NCBI GenBank assembly: GCA_002269645.1
Contig: NIVC01002274.1
Coordinates: 1 to 64,000 of the forward strand
DNA from: Macrostomum lignano
Lineage: Eukaryota
Length of the DNA stretch: 64,000 bases
Direction: 5' to 3'
Positions within the stretch are counted from its first letter, which is position 1. Every line of letters starts with the position of its first letter. The translations under genes and the position numbers were made by a program. This document shows positions 16,641 through 28,976 of this stretch, piece by piece. The notes under the pieces were generated by a model. It was not told the origin of the DNA. It worked only from the letters and a program-made list of their open reading frames with translations, and searched no databases.

Positions 16641-17171
16641 CCGTGAACATCAAAAGCGTAAAAAGTGAATAAAATAGCTGACCTTAACCGACCGCGTGTA
16701 CTCACTCGTATGGTCGTGTAAAATTTACGGTGCCATGGAATTTCGATCTAAGGCAAGCAAATGCAGAGCTCGGCTATACGAATAATTAATTGATGTTCGG
16801 CACTTGCAGCGGTGGCCGCGGGCCAATTCCAACTGGCAGACAGGCTGCGGTTCGCTGGCCGCCCGCTGAGGACCTCGAGTTAAATTGATTTCTGGCCCGG
16901 CCCGCCTCGAGCAGATGTCTCTGCTGTTGGTGCCGCATTCTGCCTTTCCAAATTCGCTATTCACAGATGTGGCTCGACTAAGACGACTCCAGAATCCTCT
17001 GAGCCTCATCAAATCCCCGGCGGATTATTCGAATCCCAAGCTCGGGAAAGGCGCGGGTAGATTAGTCCAAAATCTATCTACTAAAGTGAAAAGGAAAAAT
17101 TGAAGAAATTTTTGTCCGGCACAAATAATTCTGAAGGCGGCAGATTCTGCTCAACAGCCAATAAAGCATCA

Positions 17172-18592
17172 GCCTGCTGTAGCTGTGCCTGTTGTTTCTG
17201 CTGTAGCTGTGCCTGTTGTGTCTGCTGTAGATGTGCCTGTTGTGTCTGCTGTAGCTGTGCCTGTTGTGTCTGCTGTAGCTGTGCCTGTTGTGTCTGCTGT
17301 AGCTGTGCCTGTTGTGTCTGCTGTAGCTGTGCCTGTTGTGTCTGCTGTAGCTGTGCCTGTTGTGTCTGCTGTAGCTGTGCCTGTTGTGTCTGCTGTAGCT
17401 GTGCCTGCTGTGTCTGCTGTGTCTGCTGTAGCTGTGCCTGTTGTGTCTGCTGTAGCTGTGCCTGCTGTGTCTGCTGTAGCTGTGCCTGCTGTGTCTGCTG
17501 TAGCTGTGCCTGCTGTGTCTGCTGTAGCTGTGCCTGTTGTGTCTGCTGTAGCTGTGCCTGTTGTGTCTGCTGTAGCTGTGCCTGTTGTGTCTGCTGTAGC
17601 TGTGCCTGTTGTGTCTGCTGTAGCTGTGCCTGTTGTGTCTGCTGTAGCTGTGCCTGTTGTGTCTGCTGTAGCTGTGCCTGTTGTGTCTGCTGTAGCTGTG
17701 CCTGTTGTGTCTGCTGTAGCTGTGCCTGCTGTGTCTGCTGTGTCTGCTGTAGCTGTGCCTGTTGTGTCTGCTGTAGCTGTGCCTGCTGTGTCTGCTGTAG
17801 CTGTGCCTGCTGTGTCTGCTGTAGCTGTGCCTGCTGTGTCTGCTGTAGCTGTGCCTGTTGTGTCTGCTGTAGCTGTGCCTGCTGTGTCTGCTGTAGCTGT
17901 GCCTGTTGTGTCTGCTGTAGCTGTGCCTGTTGTGTCTGCTGTAGCTGTGCCTGTTGTGTCTGCTGTAGCTGTGCCTGCTGTAGCTGTGCCTGTTGTGTCT
18001 GCTGTGCCTGTTGTAGCTGTGCCTGCTGTAGCTGTGCCTGCTGTAGCTGTGCCTGCTGTAGCTGTGCCTGTTGTGTCTGCTGTAGCTGTGCCTGCTGTGT
18101 CTGCTGTAGCTGTGCCTGTTGTAGCTGTGCCTGTTGTAGCTGTGCCTGCTGTAGCTGTGCCTTTGTAGCTGTGCCTTTGTAGCTGTGCCTTTGTAGCTGT
18201 GTCTGCTCTAGCTGTGCCTGCTGTAGCTGTGCCTGCTGTAGCTGTGCCTGTTGTAGCTGTGCCTGCTGTAGCTGTGCGTGCTGTCTGCTGTAGCTGTGCC
18301 TGCTGTCTGCTGTAGCTGTGCCTGTTGTAGCTGTGCCTGTTGTAGCTGTGCCTGCTGTAGCTGTGCCTGCTGTAGCTGTGCCTGCTGTAGCTGTGCCTGT
18401 TGTAGCTGTGCCTGTTGTAGCTGTGTCTGCTCTAGCTGTGCCTGCTGTAGCTGTGCCTGCTGTAGCTGTGCCTGTTGTAGCTGAGCCTGTTGTAGGTGTG
18501 CCTGCTGTAGCTGTGCCTGCTGTGCCTGTTGTAGCTGTGCCTGTTGTAGCTGTGCCTGCTGTAGCTGTGCCTGCTGTGCCTGTTGTAGCTGT
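17172..18592. repeat. Tandem array of 24/15/9-bp units (GCTGTAGCTGTGCCTGTTGTGTCT)
   Basis: Direct inspection; unit lengths are mostly multiples of 3, which produces long ORFs in several frames. Confidence 0.97.
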
Positions 18593-18607
18593 CCTAAGAG
18601 TGTAATC

Positions 18608-18958
18608 TAGTGTCATCTGTTGAGGGTAAGCTAGTGTCATCTGTTGAGGGTAAGCTAGTGTCATCTGTTGAGGGTAAGCTAGTGTCATCTGTTGAGGGTA
18701 AGCTAGTGTCAGGTGTTGAGGGTAAGCTAGTGTCAGGTGATGAGGGTAAGCTAGTGTCAGGTGTTGAGGGTAAGCTAGTGTCATCTGTTGAGGGTAAGCT
18801 AGTGTCAGGTGTTGAGGGTAAGCTAGTGTCAGGTGATGAGGGTAAGCTAGTGTCAGGTGTTGAGGGTAAGCTAGTGTCAGGTGTTGAGGGTAAGCTAGTG
18901 TCAGGCGTTAAGGGTAAGCTAGTGTCAGGCGCTGAGGGTAAGCTACTGTGTCAGATGC
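18608..18958. repeat. Minisatellite, 24-bp unit CTAGTGTCATCTGTTGAGGGTAAG
   Basis: About 14 copies abutting the previous array. Confidence 0.96.
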
Positions 18959-19967
18959 TGAGTGTAAAGCTAGTGTCAGCAGTGAGCCAGGTAAGATCAA
19001 ACGTGTCCATCTAACAGGTGAAACAGTAGGACTGTCTAATGAAGTTTTATACAAATAACGAAGCCGATTCTGCAGATGGCTGAATCCGTGCCGCAGCCAG
19101 AATTAGAATAAATCAAATTTGGCCAAACCGGCTCCACGTGAAAGAGTCGCCAAATCTGAACTCGCATCGAATGAGAAGTCCGAGAGTCTCGCACTAATCC
19201 TTAATCCTCCAACTGCACGGTGTTGCTAAGCCGTCTATCCCTAATCACTGCGTCCGTAGCCTCGGGCACGTGTGTCTGCAGCCTCTCTACTTCATCTGGG
19301 ATAGGTCTGGCTGACGCGTTCGATTCATTTCTGAGCCGAGCTGGGAATTTTTTTGGCAAAGTCCTGTAACAAGCCAATGGCAAACCCACAATCTGTATAA
19401 GTTTGAGCTCGTACTCAAATAAGTGGCCCAGCTTCTGCCCTGCAGTTCGCACAGTGAGCTACTAACGAGGTCGTCCCGCTTGCTAGAGTAGTATATATAG
19501 TATGGGTATATTTATAATACCCTCGTAAATTATAGAAGTTTAAACTAGTACTCGTAAAATATGCGTGCCAGACAGCAGAGTTGGCAATTTATTGACTTGG
19601 CAGGAGGAAATGCACTTTTATTGCATTGATCCGGCCCGGCAGTGGCGGTCTATTAAATGAGGACACTCCGGACCAACGGAAGATCCACTACAGAAGCTGC
19701 TGCAGGCGGTGGTCGCGGCTTAAAGAGGCCCGTTCGGGGTTTTTATTTGAGAAGCAGCACTCCCATTTTAGATCTTTTCCGGATTTCATCAAGTTGATAC
19801 TCGCCAAAGCTTGCTGCATCACCTGCACAGGCAGAATAAAAATTGGCTAAACTTCGCCACGCAATATAAATGCTTAAGAAAGTGCCGAATTTCACTCGCA
19901 ATGCAATTATAAGCACGCATTTCGGCACAAACTTGTACCTAATTTAGCTTTTCAATCTGCACCGTAA

Positions 19968-20846
19968 CTTATCTAACCTGGGTTGTCTGCTATCTAATCT
20001 GGGTTGTCTGCTATATCTAATCTGGGTTGTCAGCTATCTAATCTGGGTTGTCAGCTATATCTAACATGGGTTGTCAGCTATATCTAACATGGGTTGTCAG
20101 CTATATCTAACATGGGTTGTCAGCTATATCTAACATGGGTTGTCAGCTATTTAATCTGGGTTGTCAGCTATATTTAACATGGGTTGTCAGCTATCTAACA
20201 TGGGTTGTCAGCTATCTAATCTGGGTTGCCAGCTATATCTAACATGGGTTGTCAGCTATCTAACATGGGTTGTCAGCTATCTAATCTGGGTTGTCAGCTA
20301 TCTAATCTGGGTTGTCAGCTATCTAATCTGGGTTGTCAGCTATCTAACATGGGTTGTCAGCTATCTAACATGGGTTGTCAGCTATCTAATCTGGGTTGTC
20401 AGCTATCTAACATGGGTTGTCAGCTATCTAACATGGGTTGTCAGCTATATCTAACATGGGTTGTCAGTTATATCTAACATGGGTTGTCAGCTTTCTAATG
20501 TGGGTTGTCAGCTATCTAATCTGGGTTGCCAGCTATATCTAACATGGGTTGTCAGCCATATCTAACATGGGTTGTCAGCTATATCTAATCTGGGTTGTCA
20601 GCTATCTAATCTGGGTTGCCAGCTATATCTAACATGGGTTGTCAGCTATCTAACATGGGTTGTCAGCTATCTAATCTGGGTTGTCAGCTATATCTAACAT
20701 GGGTTGTCAGCTATCTAACATGGGTTGTCAGCTATCTAATCTGGGTTGTCAGCTATCTAATCTGGGTTGCCAGCTATATCTAACATGGGTTGTCAGCTAT
20801 CTAACATGGGTTGTCAGCTATATCTAACATGGGTTGTCAGCTATCT
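19968..20846. repeat. Minisatellite, 21/23-bp unit GGGTTGTCAGCTAT(AT)CTAACAT
   Basis: About 40 copies. Confidence 0.97.
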
Positions 20847-21610
20847 ATAAGTTATTAAATGCGGACTATTAGCCATTGAGAGAAATAACATTGGAAGAGA
20901 AAATCTCGGTTAACTTATATTAATGGCAGATGTTGTGGAACAGTAGTGAAAAAGCAGCACGTGTAATAGCTGAAATGTGTGTATTCTGTTACTTGTTAGT
21001 AGTCTAGGAGCAATATTGCAAGGAATTTATTAGCTAGTATTTCAGCACTTTCGCAAATACTTCGCAAATACAAACTAAACAATATATATACATGAATTTA
21101 TGGGGTGAAAATGCACTCACTGCTTAACCGCAGTAGATCAAGTAGTACGTTAAAATGCGATCATTGCTGTCTGTCTATCCTTGGGTTTTGTTAGCATTTA
21201 TTTAACAGACACTAAGCTATGATGAAATGATCACTGCAGGTAGATAAAAGAAAAGGAGAAAAACTTAGTCTGGATTAATTTTAAAAAAACTTTCAACTTC
21301 AACTCAACCCTTCGTAAGTGTAAACTCGATTGATCAGGTTAAAATGTCCAAGAAGCACATGCAGTCAGAGACGGCTTAAATAGAATGGTGGGGGACTTCG
21401 TTTCTTAGAAATCTTTAGGAGGCTGGCAATACGAGAAACATAAGAGATTTGACAGACCATTTTCTAAAATATTTTACACAATTTTCTAAGCTAAATTACA
21501 AAAATGAAGTCTGTCACCCTACTGTATTTTAGGCGTGGAGACTGCCGCTTCTCAGAGATTTTCTAAAAAAACTCAGTCAAGTCTTCATGCTTAAATCAAT
21601 GATCTCGAAG

Positions 21611-24600
21611 TCAGCGACCAATCACTGTGAGCTTGGTGCCTCGGTTACTCAGCTGCTGTGCCAGCAGCCGAGCTGTCAGCTGCTGATGCATTCGCTGCTG
21701 CTGCTGGTCGCAGCCAGCGGCCGCCGCTATGGCCAGGATAAGGCTGGGCAGGCCGGCAGGCAGCCAGTCCACCAGCTGGGCCGGCAGCGGCAGCCGGTCG
21801 ACGCCAATGGTGAGCGACTCCAGACTGTCGGATGAGGCGGAGCAATGGTTGAACAATTTGAGAAGCTTCTAAGTCGTTCTGAGTTCAGAAGGCCCTGTAT
21901 GTGTCAGTTCTGATGGTCCTGTATGTGTCAGTTCTGAGGGTCCTGTATGTGTCAGTTCTGAGGGTCCTGTATGTGTCAGTTCTGAGGACCCTGTATGTGT
22001 CAGTTCTGAGGGTCCTGTATGTGTCAGTTCTGAGGGTCCTGTATGTGTCAGTTCTGAGGACCCTGTATGTGTCAGTTCTGAGGGTGTGTATGTGTCAGTT
22101 CTGAGGGTCCTGTATGTGTCAGTTCTGAGGGTCCTGTATGTGTCAGTTCTGAGGGTCCTGTATGTGTCAGTTCTGAGGACCCTGTATGTGTCAGTTCTGA
22201 GGGTGTGTATGTGTCAGTTCTGAGGGTCCTGTATGTGTCAGTTCTGAGGGTCCTGTATGTGTCAGTTCTGAGGACCCTGTATGTGTCAGTTCTTAGAACC
22301 TTGTATGTGTCAGTTCTGAGGGTCCTGTATGTGTCAGTTCTGAGGACCCTGTATGTGTCAGTTCTGAGAACCTTGTATGTGTCACTTCTGAGGGTCCTGT
22401 ATGTGTCAGTTCTGAGGGTCCTGTATGTGTCAGTTCTGAGAACCTTGTATGTGTCAGTTCTGAGGGTCCTGTATGTGTCAGTTCTTAGAACCTTGTATGT
22501 GTCAGTTCTGAGGGTCCTGTATGTGTCAGTTCTTAGAACCTTGTATTTGTCAGTTCTGAGGGTCCTGTATGTGTCAGTTCTTAGAACCTTGTATGTGTCA
22601 GTTCTGAGGGTCCTGTATGTGTCAGTTCTGAGGGTCCTGTATGTGTCAGTTCTGAGGGTCCTGTATGTGTCAGTTCTGAGGACCCTGTATGTGTCAGTTC
22701 TTAGAACCTTGTATGTGTCAGTTCTGAGGGTCCTGTATGTGTCAGTTCTGAGGACCCTGTATGTGTCAGTTCTGAGAACCTTGTATGTGTCAGTTCTGAG
22801 GACCCTGTATGTGTCAGTTCTGAGGGTCCTGTATGTGTCAGTTCTGAGGACCCTGTATGTGTCAGTTCTGAGGACCCTGTATGTGTCAGTTCTGAGAACC
22901 TTGTATGTGTCAGTTCTGAGGGTCCTGTGTATGTGTCAGTTCTGAGGACCCTGTATGCGTCAGTTCTGACGGTCATGTATGTGTCAGTTCTGAGGACCCT
23001 GTATGTGTCAGTTCTGAGAACCCTGTATGTGTCAGTTCTGAGGACCCTGTATGTGTCAGTTCTGAGGGTCCTGTATGTGTCAGTTCTGAGGACCCTGTAT
23101 GTGTCAGTTCTTAGAACCTTGTATGTGTCAGTTCTGCGGGTCCTGTATGTGTCAGTTCTTAGAACCTTGTATGTGTCAGTTCTGAGGGTCCTGTATGTGT
23201 CAGTTCTGAGGGTCCTGTATGTGTCAGTTCTGAGGGTCCTGTATGTGTCAGTTCTGAGGACCCTGTATGTGTCAGTTCTGAGGGTCATGTATGTGTCAGT
23301 TTTGAGGGTCCTGTATGTGTCAGTTCTGAGGGTGTGTATGTGTCAGTTCTGAGGACCCTGTATGTGTCAGTTCTGAGGGTCCTGTATGTGTCAGTTCTGA
23401 GGACCCTGTATGTGTCAGTTCTGAGGGTCCTGTATGTGTCAGTTCTGAGGGTCCTGTATGTGTCAGTTCTGAGGACCCTGTATGTGTCAGTTCTGAGGGT
23501 CCTGTATGTGTCAGTTCTGAGGACCCTGTATGTGTCAGTTCTGAGGACCCTGTATGTGTCAGTTCTGAGGACCCTGTATGTGTCAGTTCTGAGGACCCTG
23601 TATGTGTCAGTTCTGAGGACCCTGTATGTGTCAGTTCTGAGGACCCTGTATGTGTCATTTCTGAGGACCCTGTATGTGTCAGTTCTGAGAACCTTGTATG
23701 TGTCACTTCTGAGGGTCCTGTATGTGTCAGTTCTGAGGGTCCTGTATGTGTCAGTTCTGAGGGTCCTGTATGTGTCAGTTCTGAGAACCTTTTATGTGTC
23801 AGTTCTGAGGGTCCTGTATGTGTCAGTTCTGAGGGTCCTGTATGTGTCAGTTCTTAGAACCTTGTATGTGTCAGTTCTGAGGGTCCTGTATGTGTCAGTT
23901 CTGAGGGTCCTGTATGTGTCAGTTCTGAGGGTCCTGTATGTGTCAGTTCTGAGGGTCCTGTATGTGTCAGTTCTGAGGACCCTGTATGTGTCAGTTCTGA
24001 GAACCTTGTATGTGTCACTTCTGAGGGTCATGTATGTGTCAGTTCTGAGGGTCCTGTATGTGTCAGTTCTGAGAACCTTGTATGTGTCAGTTCTGAGGGT
24101 CCTGTATGTGTCAGTTCTTAGAACCTTGTATGTGTCAGTTCTGAGGGTCCTGTATGTGTCAGTTCTTAGAACCTTGTATTTGTCAGTTCTGAGGGTCCTG
24201 TATGTGTCAGTTCTGAGGGTCCTGTGTATGTGTCAGTTCTGAGGGTCCTGTATGTGTCAGTTCTGAGGACCCTGTATGTGTCAGTTCTGAGGGTCCTGTA
24301 TGTGTCAGTTCTGAGGGTGTGTATGTGTCAGTTCTGAGGACCCTGTATGTGTCAGTTCTGAGGGTCCTGTATGTGTCAGTTCTGAGGGTGTGTATGTGTC
24401 AGTTCTGAGGACCCTGTATGTGTCAGTTCTGAGAACCTTGTATGTGTCAGTTCTGAGGGTCCTGTGTATGTGTCAGTTCTGAGGACCCTGTATGCGTCAG
24501 TTCTGAGGGTCCTGTATGTGTCAGTTCTGAGGACCCTGTATGTGTCAGTTCTGAGGACCCTGTATGTGTCAGTTCTGAGGACCCTGTATGTGTCAGTTGT

Positions 24601-27600
24601 GAGGGTCCTGTATGTGTCAGTTTTGAGGGTCCTGTATGTGTCAGTTCTGAGGACCCTGTATGTGTCAGTTTTGAGGGTCCTGTATGTGTCAGTTCTGAGG
24701 GTGTGTATGTGTCAGTTCTGAGGACCTTGTATGTGTCAGTTCTGAGGGTCCTGTATGTGTCAGTTCTGAGGACCCTGTATGTGTCAGTTCTGAGAACCTT
24801 GTATGTGTCACTTCTGAGGGTCCTGTATGTGTCAGTTCTGAGGGTCCTGTATGTGTCAGTTCTGAGAACCTTGTATGTGTCACTTCTGAGGGTCCTGTAT
24901 GTGTCAGTTCTGAGGGTCCTGTATGTGTCAGTTCTGAGGGTCCTGTATGTGTCAGTTCTGAGGGTGTGTATGTGTCAGTTCTGAGGACCCTGTATGTGTC
25001 AGTTCTGAGGGTCCTGTATGTGTCAGTTTTGAGGGTCCTGTATGTGTCAGTTCTGAGGGTGTGTATGTGTCAGTTCTGAGGACCCTGTATGTGTCAGTTC
25101 TGAGGGTCCTGTATGTGTCAGTTCTGAGGGTCCTGTATGTGTCAGTTCTGAGGGTCCTGTATGTGTCAGTTCTGAGGACCCTGTATGTGTCAGTTCTGAG
25201 GGTCCTGTATGTGTCAGTTCTGAGGGTCCTGTATATGTCAGTTCTGAGGGTGTGTATGTGTCAGTTCTGAGGGTGTGTATGTGTCAGTTCTGAGGGTGCG
25301 TATGTGTCAGTTCTGAGGACCCTGTATGTGTCAGTTCTGAGGCATTGGCGCAACCAGAAATTTGTTGAGATGGGGGCGGATTCTCAAAGATAAAGACCCA
25401 AAAAGGGGGGAGGGGATGGGTTTGAATTTTGGCGAAAATGCGCTTGGTTCCCCTTTTCATTTTTTCAGGTCTTTGCCAAGGGGGATGCGCCCCTGTTCTG
25501 AGGACCCTGCATCAGAGTCTCCAGTCAAAGAGCAGCTGAACTTACGCAGTCAGACTTGCCAGAGTCTCGCGCCAGGCCAGCCCCAGGTCGGCCAGATCGG
25601 CGGTGGATCTCGGGCCCAACAGTTTGAGCTGACGGCAGGCCCGACCGGCTGCGGCAGCCACCCAGGCGGCCAGACAGGCGGACTGCCCGCTGACGGTGAT
25701 CCGGGCCAGCGCCGGCAGCAACACCGGCGGCGGCCGGGAATTGGCGGCCAGATTTCGGAGCGCCAGTCGGGTCAGCGGGAATTCGGCGCCGCTGGCCACC
25801 AGACAGTCGAGTCGAAGGCCGGCTGTGGCACCAACAGACAGGCGCTGGAGCCGGCTCAAGGATTGCAAGCACTGGACTAGATCGAAACCGGCTGGAGCGG
25901 CCGGCTCGGCGGAGTCAACCAGGCAGTTGATGGTGAACTCCAGCCAGCTCAGATCCAGCTGGCGGCCCAGGCTGAGCAGCCGGGCGAGGGTGGCGGACTC
26001 GAGAGTTGCCAGCCGGACGCTGGTCAGACTGCGCGAGCAAAGCGACTCGTGCACGGCTCTGGCGGCTGTGGCGCTGACTGCGCCGCTCAGCTTGCGCAGA
26101 TCCAACGAGCGGGTCTGGCAGCGAGCCAATTGATCGCCTAGCAGGCGCCAGTTGATAGTACTGCAACAGTCGCTAGACAAGCACAGGCTGGAAAAGGTGC
26201 GATGACAGTCAACTAGACGGCGCCACTCGGAGCAGACAAGGCGACAGGTAAGTAGATCGGCCAGTTCAAGCTGATCGAATATTCGCTCTAGAATGCGGAA
26301 ACTAAGCGTTGAGATGTTACCGAGCGGTGAGTAGTATTTAGCGAATTTTTCCGACATTTTCAATCGGAATCGACAGCGCGCTTGAACTTTAACGGTGCGT
26401 GTGGACGGCTTTTGACGAGGGGCCTCGGCGGGCGCCATTTGAACTTCTGGTTTCCTCTTTTGGGTCAGCGGCGTTGCACTGTCAGCTTCCTTATCTGCAT
26501 CGGATTCTTGCTCCAAATTAGCTTCTGGAATGCTAGTTTTATTAGTGGAAGTTCTCTTCGAGCCATTTGAATTGAGTTGGATTTTATAAATCTGCTGCTG
26601 CTCCTTCTGTTTGCCGGAGTCACTACTAATTGATAGTTTAGGGCCGCTAGTCAGGCCTACTTGACTAAAATAGTTGGCTTTGTTTCCGTAGCCAGCTAGC
26701 TCCGGCGAAGCGGCGTCGGCCGGTTTCTTACCGTCCACTTTGGAGACGGCTCTGACTAGGGAGATTTGAAGTGGCTTTTTAGCAGCTGTTTGAGCAGGTT
26801 CAGTAAGGTCACCTGAGACCTGAGGCCTAGTGGAGCTACTAGCTGGGGGAGTGTTAAGTGACTTTTTGGCTTTTTTGCTTGCTGGCGTCTGCTCAAAATC
26901 GGCACTAGCGGAAGCACTTGAGCAGGATTCGGTGTCCTCTTTTGTTTCGGTGCCACCGTGTTTTTCATTTTCACTGCTATTGTGAGATCTCTTGCGCGTA
27001 CTGTTGCTGTTAGCTGGGCTTGGCTGCTTCTGCAAGCACGAATTGCACAGGCCTTGGCGCTTGGCATCGTTGGACTTGATGCAGCGCCGGTGAAACAACA
27101 GGTAGCAGTGCTTGCACTCTGTGCTAGGAAGAGCACCGCTAGGAAAACATTGCGGCCCGCACGGCTTTGATGTAGCGCCGCTATCGCTTACTGAATGCGC
27201 TGGCGCTGCGGCCGAGCAGATGTGCGAGCACGGACCAGGCGGGAACAGCTCATTGCTGTTCTGCTGCTTTAACTGTTGCTGCTTCTTCAACATTTCTGAC
27301 GCAGACAGTCGCTTCCACATGATGGCGGAGTCTGTTTTAGACGAGCGCTGTCCTGCCTGAGGCTGGGACTGCTGCTGGCCAAGTACTTGCTGTTTTCTTG
27401 ACTGCCGCTTCTGGCTGGGCTTACCAAATGATGGTGGAGCGTCTGGCAACTTACTGGGGTTGCCTGACTGCGTTGCTTGCTGCTGTGGCTGAGGCTGTCG
27501 CATCTGAGATACAGTCATTGGCTGGCAGTTTAATTTTATTATGGGTGTTGTTGACTGCTGCCGTTGCGGCTGCTGCTGGGGATTTACAATTGACAATGAC

Positions 27601-28049
27601 TGACGGGCAACTTTGAAAATAGGTTTTGCTGGCTGCTGCTGAGGGGCTGTCACCGAGATTGGCTGAGAAGTTACTTTAAAAACTGGAGCAGACTGCACTT
27701 TCGGTTGGATAATTGGAGTTGGCATTGGCTGGCAGGTCACTTTCAAAACTGGCTTTGGCGGCTGTTCGCTAGTTGGTTTCCTCCCACTCTCCAGAGCAGT
27801 GGCACCTGGCGATGGCGGAGTCAGCTTACTAGGGCCAGAGTTCTGCTCAGAATTGTCTATAGCAGACTGGCTAGTTGATTTTGAAAGAATTTTCACAGAA
27901 ATCTGTCTAGCTGGTGGGTTATAACCAGACAAATTTGGCTTAGATGAGGCAGCTGCTACAAGCTGAACAGGTGCTGTGACACCACTGCATTTATCTGGAC
28001 TGCTCAATGATGGTGGATCAGCTGATGCATTGCTCTCATTTAATTGCAT
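21611..28049 (-). CDS. PHD-finger + F-box + LRR-like protein (FBXL19/KDM2-C-terminus-like architecture), ~905 aa; exons 28049-25546 and 21824-21611
   Basis: PHD-like CGPQC...CKHCYLLFHRRC...CNSC; F-box ILERIFDQLELADLLTCRLVCSEWRRLV; LRR-like LxxLxxL segments. Donor TGC|GTAAGT (intron starts 25545) and acceptor CGACAG| (21825) join in phase 2 to give LASLTALESLTI; 2718 nt in frame. Confidence 0.8.
21893..25342. repeat. Intronic minisatellite, 24-bp unit CTGTATGTGTCAGTTCTGAGGGTC (variants GAGGACC, AGAACCT, 22- and 26-bp slips)
   Basis: About 145 copies inside the F-box gene intron; explains the YVSVLRVL ORFs. Confidence 0.98.
25343..25495. mobile_element. hAT-type MITE, copy 1
   Basis: Ends CATTGGCGCA / TGCGCCCCTG (imperfect TIR); 8-bp duplication TTCTGAGG at 25335-25342 and 25496-25503; internally similar to the reverse complement of 28790-28976. 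Confidence 0.75.
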
Positions 28050-28691
28050 GCTTGTGCAGTGCAATTAATGCTTGATCTTTATAATAACCAATTGATTGAT
28101 TTTGCCACACTTGATTGATTGAAGCTGAAATTCCAAAATATATAAAAATTTGGCAATATGCAAACTGTTTTTTAGTCTTTGGTCTAAGACAAGTTAGATG
28201 TATATTGAATTACATTATTTTTGAAAAATTTAAAAATAACAAATAGAAACTTTAAACACTAGGAATTTGATTGCATTTATTATAAATGAGTTTATATAAT
28301 GACTTAAAGGGGTTTTTTGGTCAGGTTAATTTTTTATTAATTTTTAAAATATAATTTCTAATATATTATATATATAATTTAGCTTGCTTGCTTATTTGAT
28401 ATTAGAAATAAAAATATAGTCAAGTTAATATTCAATTTATAAAAAGCCTAAGGCCTATAACCTACAGTTTTGATTGCATATTAGTGTACACGGGGTTTAA
28501 TGCCAGAAAAAATGATAAGACCTTGTTTATATGCTAGATTTATGCGCCAATACAAAGAACACAATGTATTTGCTATGTCATATATACCAAGATATGCCCT
28601 AATGTATGCTGAAAATGGTAAGACCCTTGTTATACACCAGGATCCTGGCAAACATTTTGCTTTCCAAATTATGGCCTATAGCCAAAGCATA

Positions 28692-28724
<33 letters not shown>

Positions 28725-28789
28725 TAGGTTTAGTTTATTTATTTTAGTTAGAAATACTCAAAAAGTAGGCTTAACTTATAAAGCAAATA

Positions 28790-28976
28790 CAGTGGCACAA
28801 CCAAGGGGGGTGGGAGGGAGACAGTTGCCCTCCCCCTTGGGCAAAGACCCAAAAAATCAAAGGGGGGACCAAGCAAATTTTTGCCAAAAACAGAGCCACC
28901 CCTCTGCCCCTCTCCTAGGACTTTACTTTCTAGAATCTGCCCCCCCTCTCTTCAAAAGTTTCTGGTTGCACTACTA
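28790..28976. mobile_element. hAT-type MITE, copy 2 (same family, opposite orientation)
   Basis: Imperfect TIR CAGTGGCACAACCA / TGGTTGCACTACTA; 8-bp duplication AGCAAATA at 28782-28789 and 28977-28984. Confidence 0.8.

Noticed and set aside
17081-18784. 567-aa Gln-rich ORF
   Set aside because: It runs through two unrelated arrays and switches register mid-array; no domain.
19201-19928. ORFs between the 24-bp and 21-bp arrays
   Set aside because: No recognisable domain or supporting splice sites.
21901-25270. YVSVLRVL and TDTYR repeat ORFs
   Set aside because: Translations of the intronic 24-bp array, broken by 22/26-bp slips.
25559-25560. Non-canonical GC donor (CTG|GCAAGT) spliced to 21868 for the F-box intron
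   Set aside because: A canonical GTAAGT donor with the CAG acceptor at 21825 joins in frame and gives better LRR periodicity.
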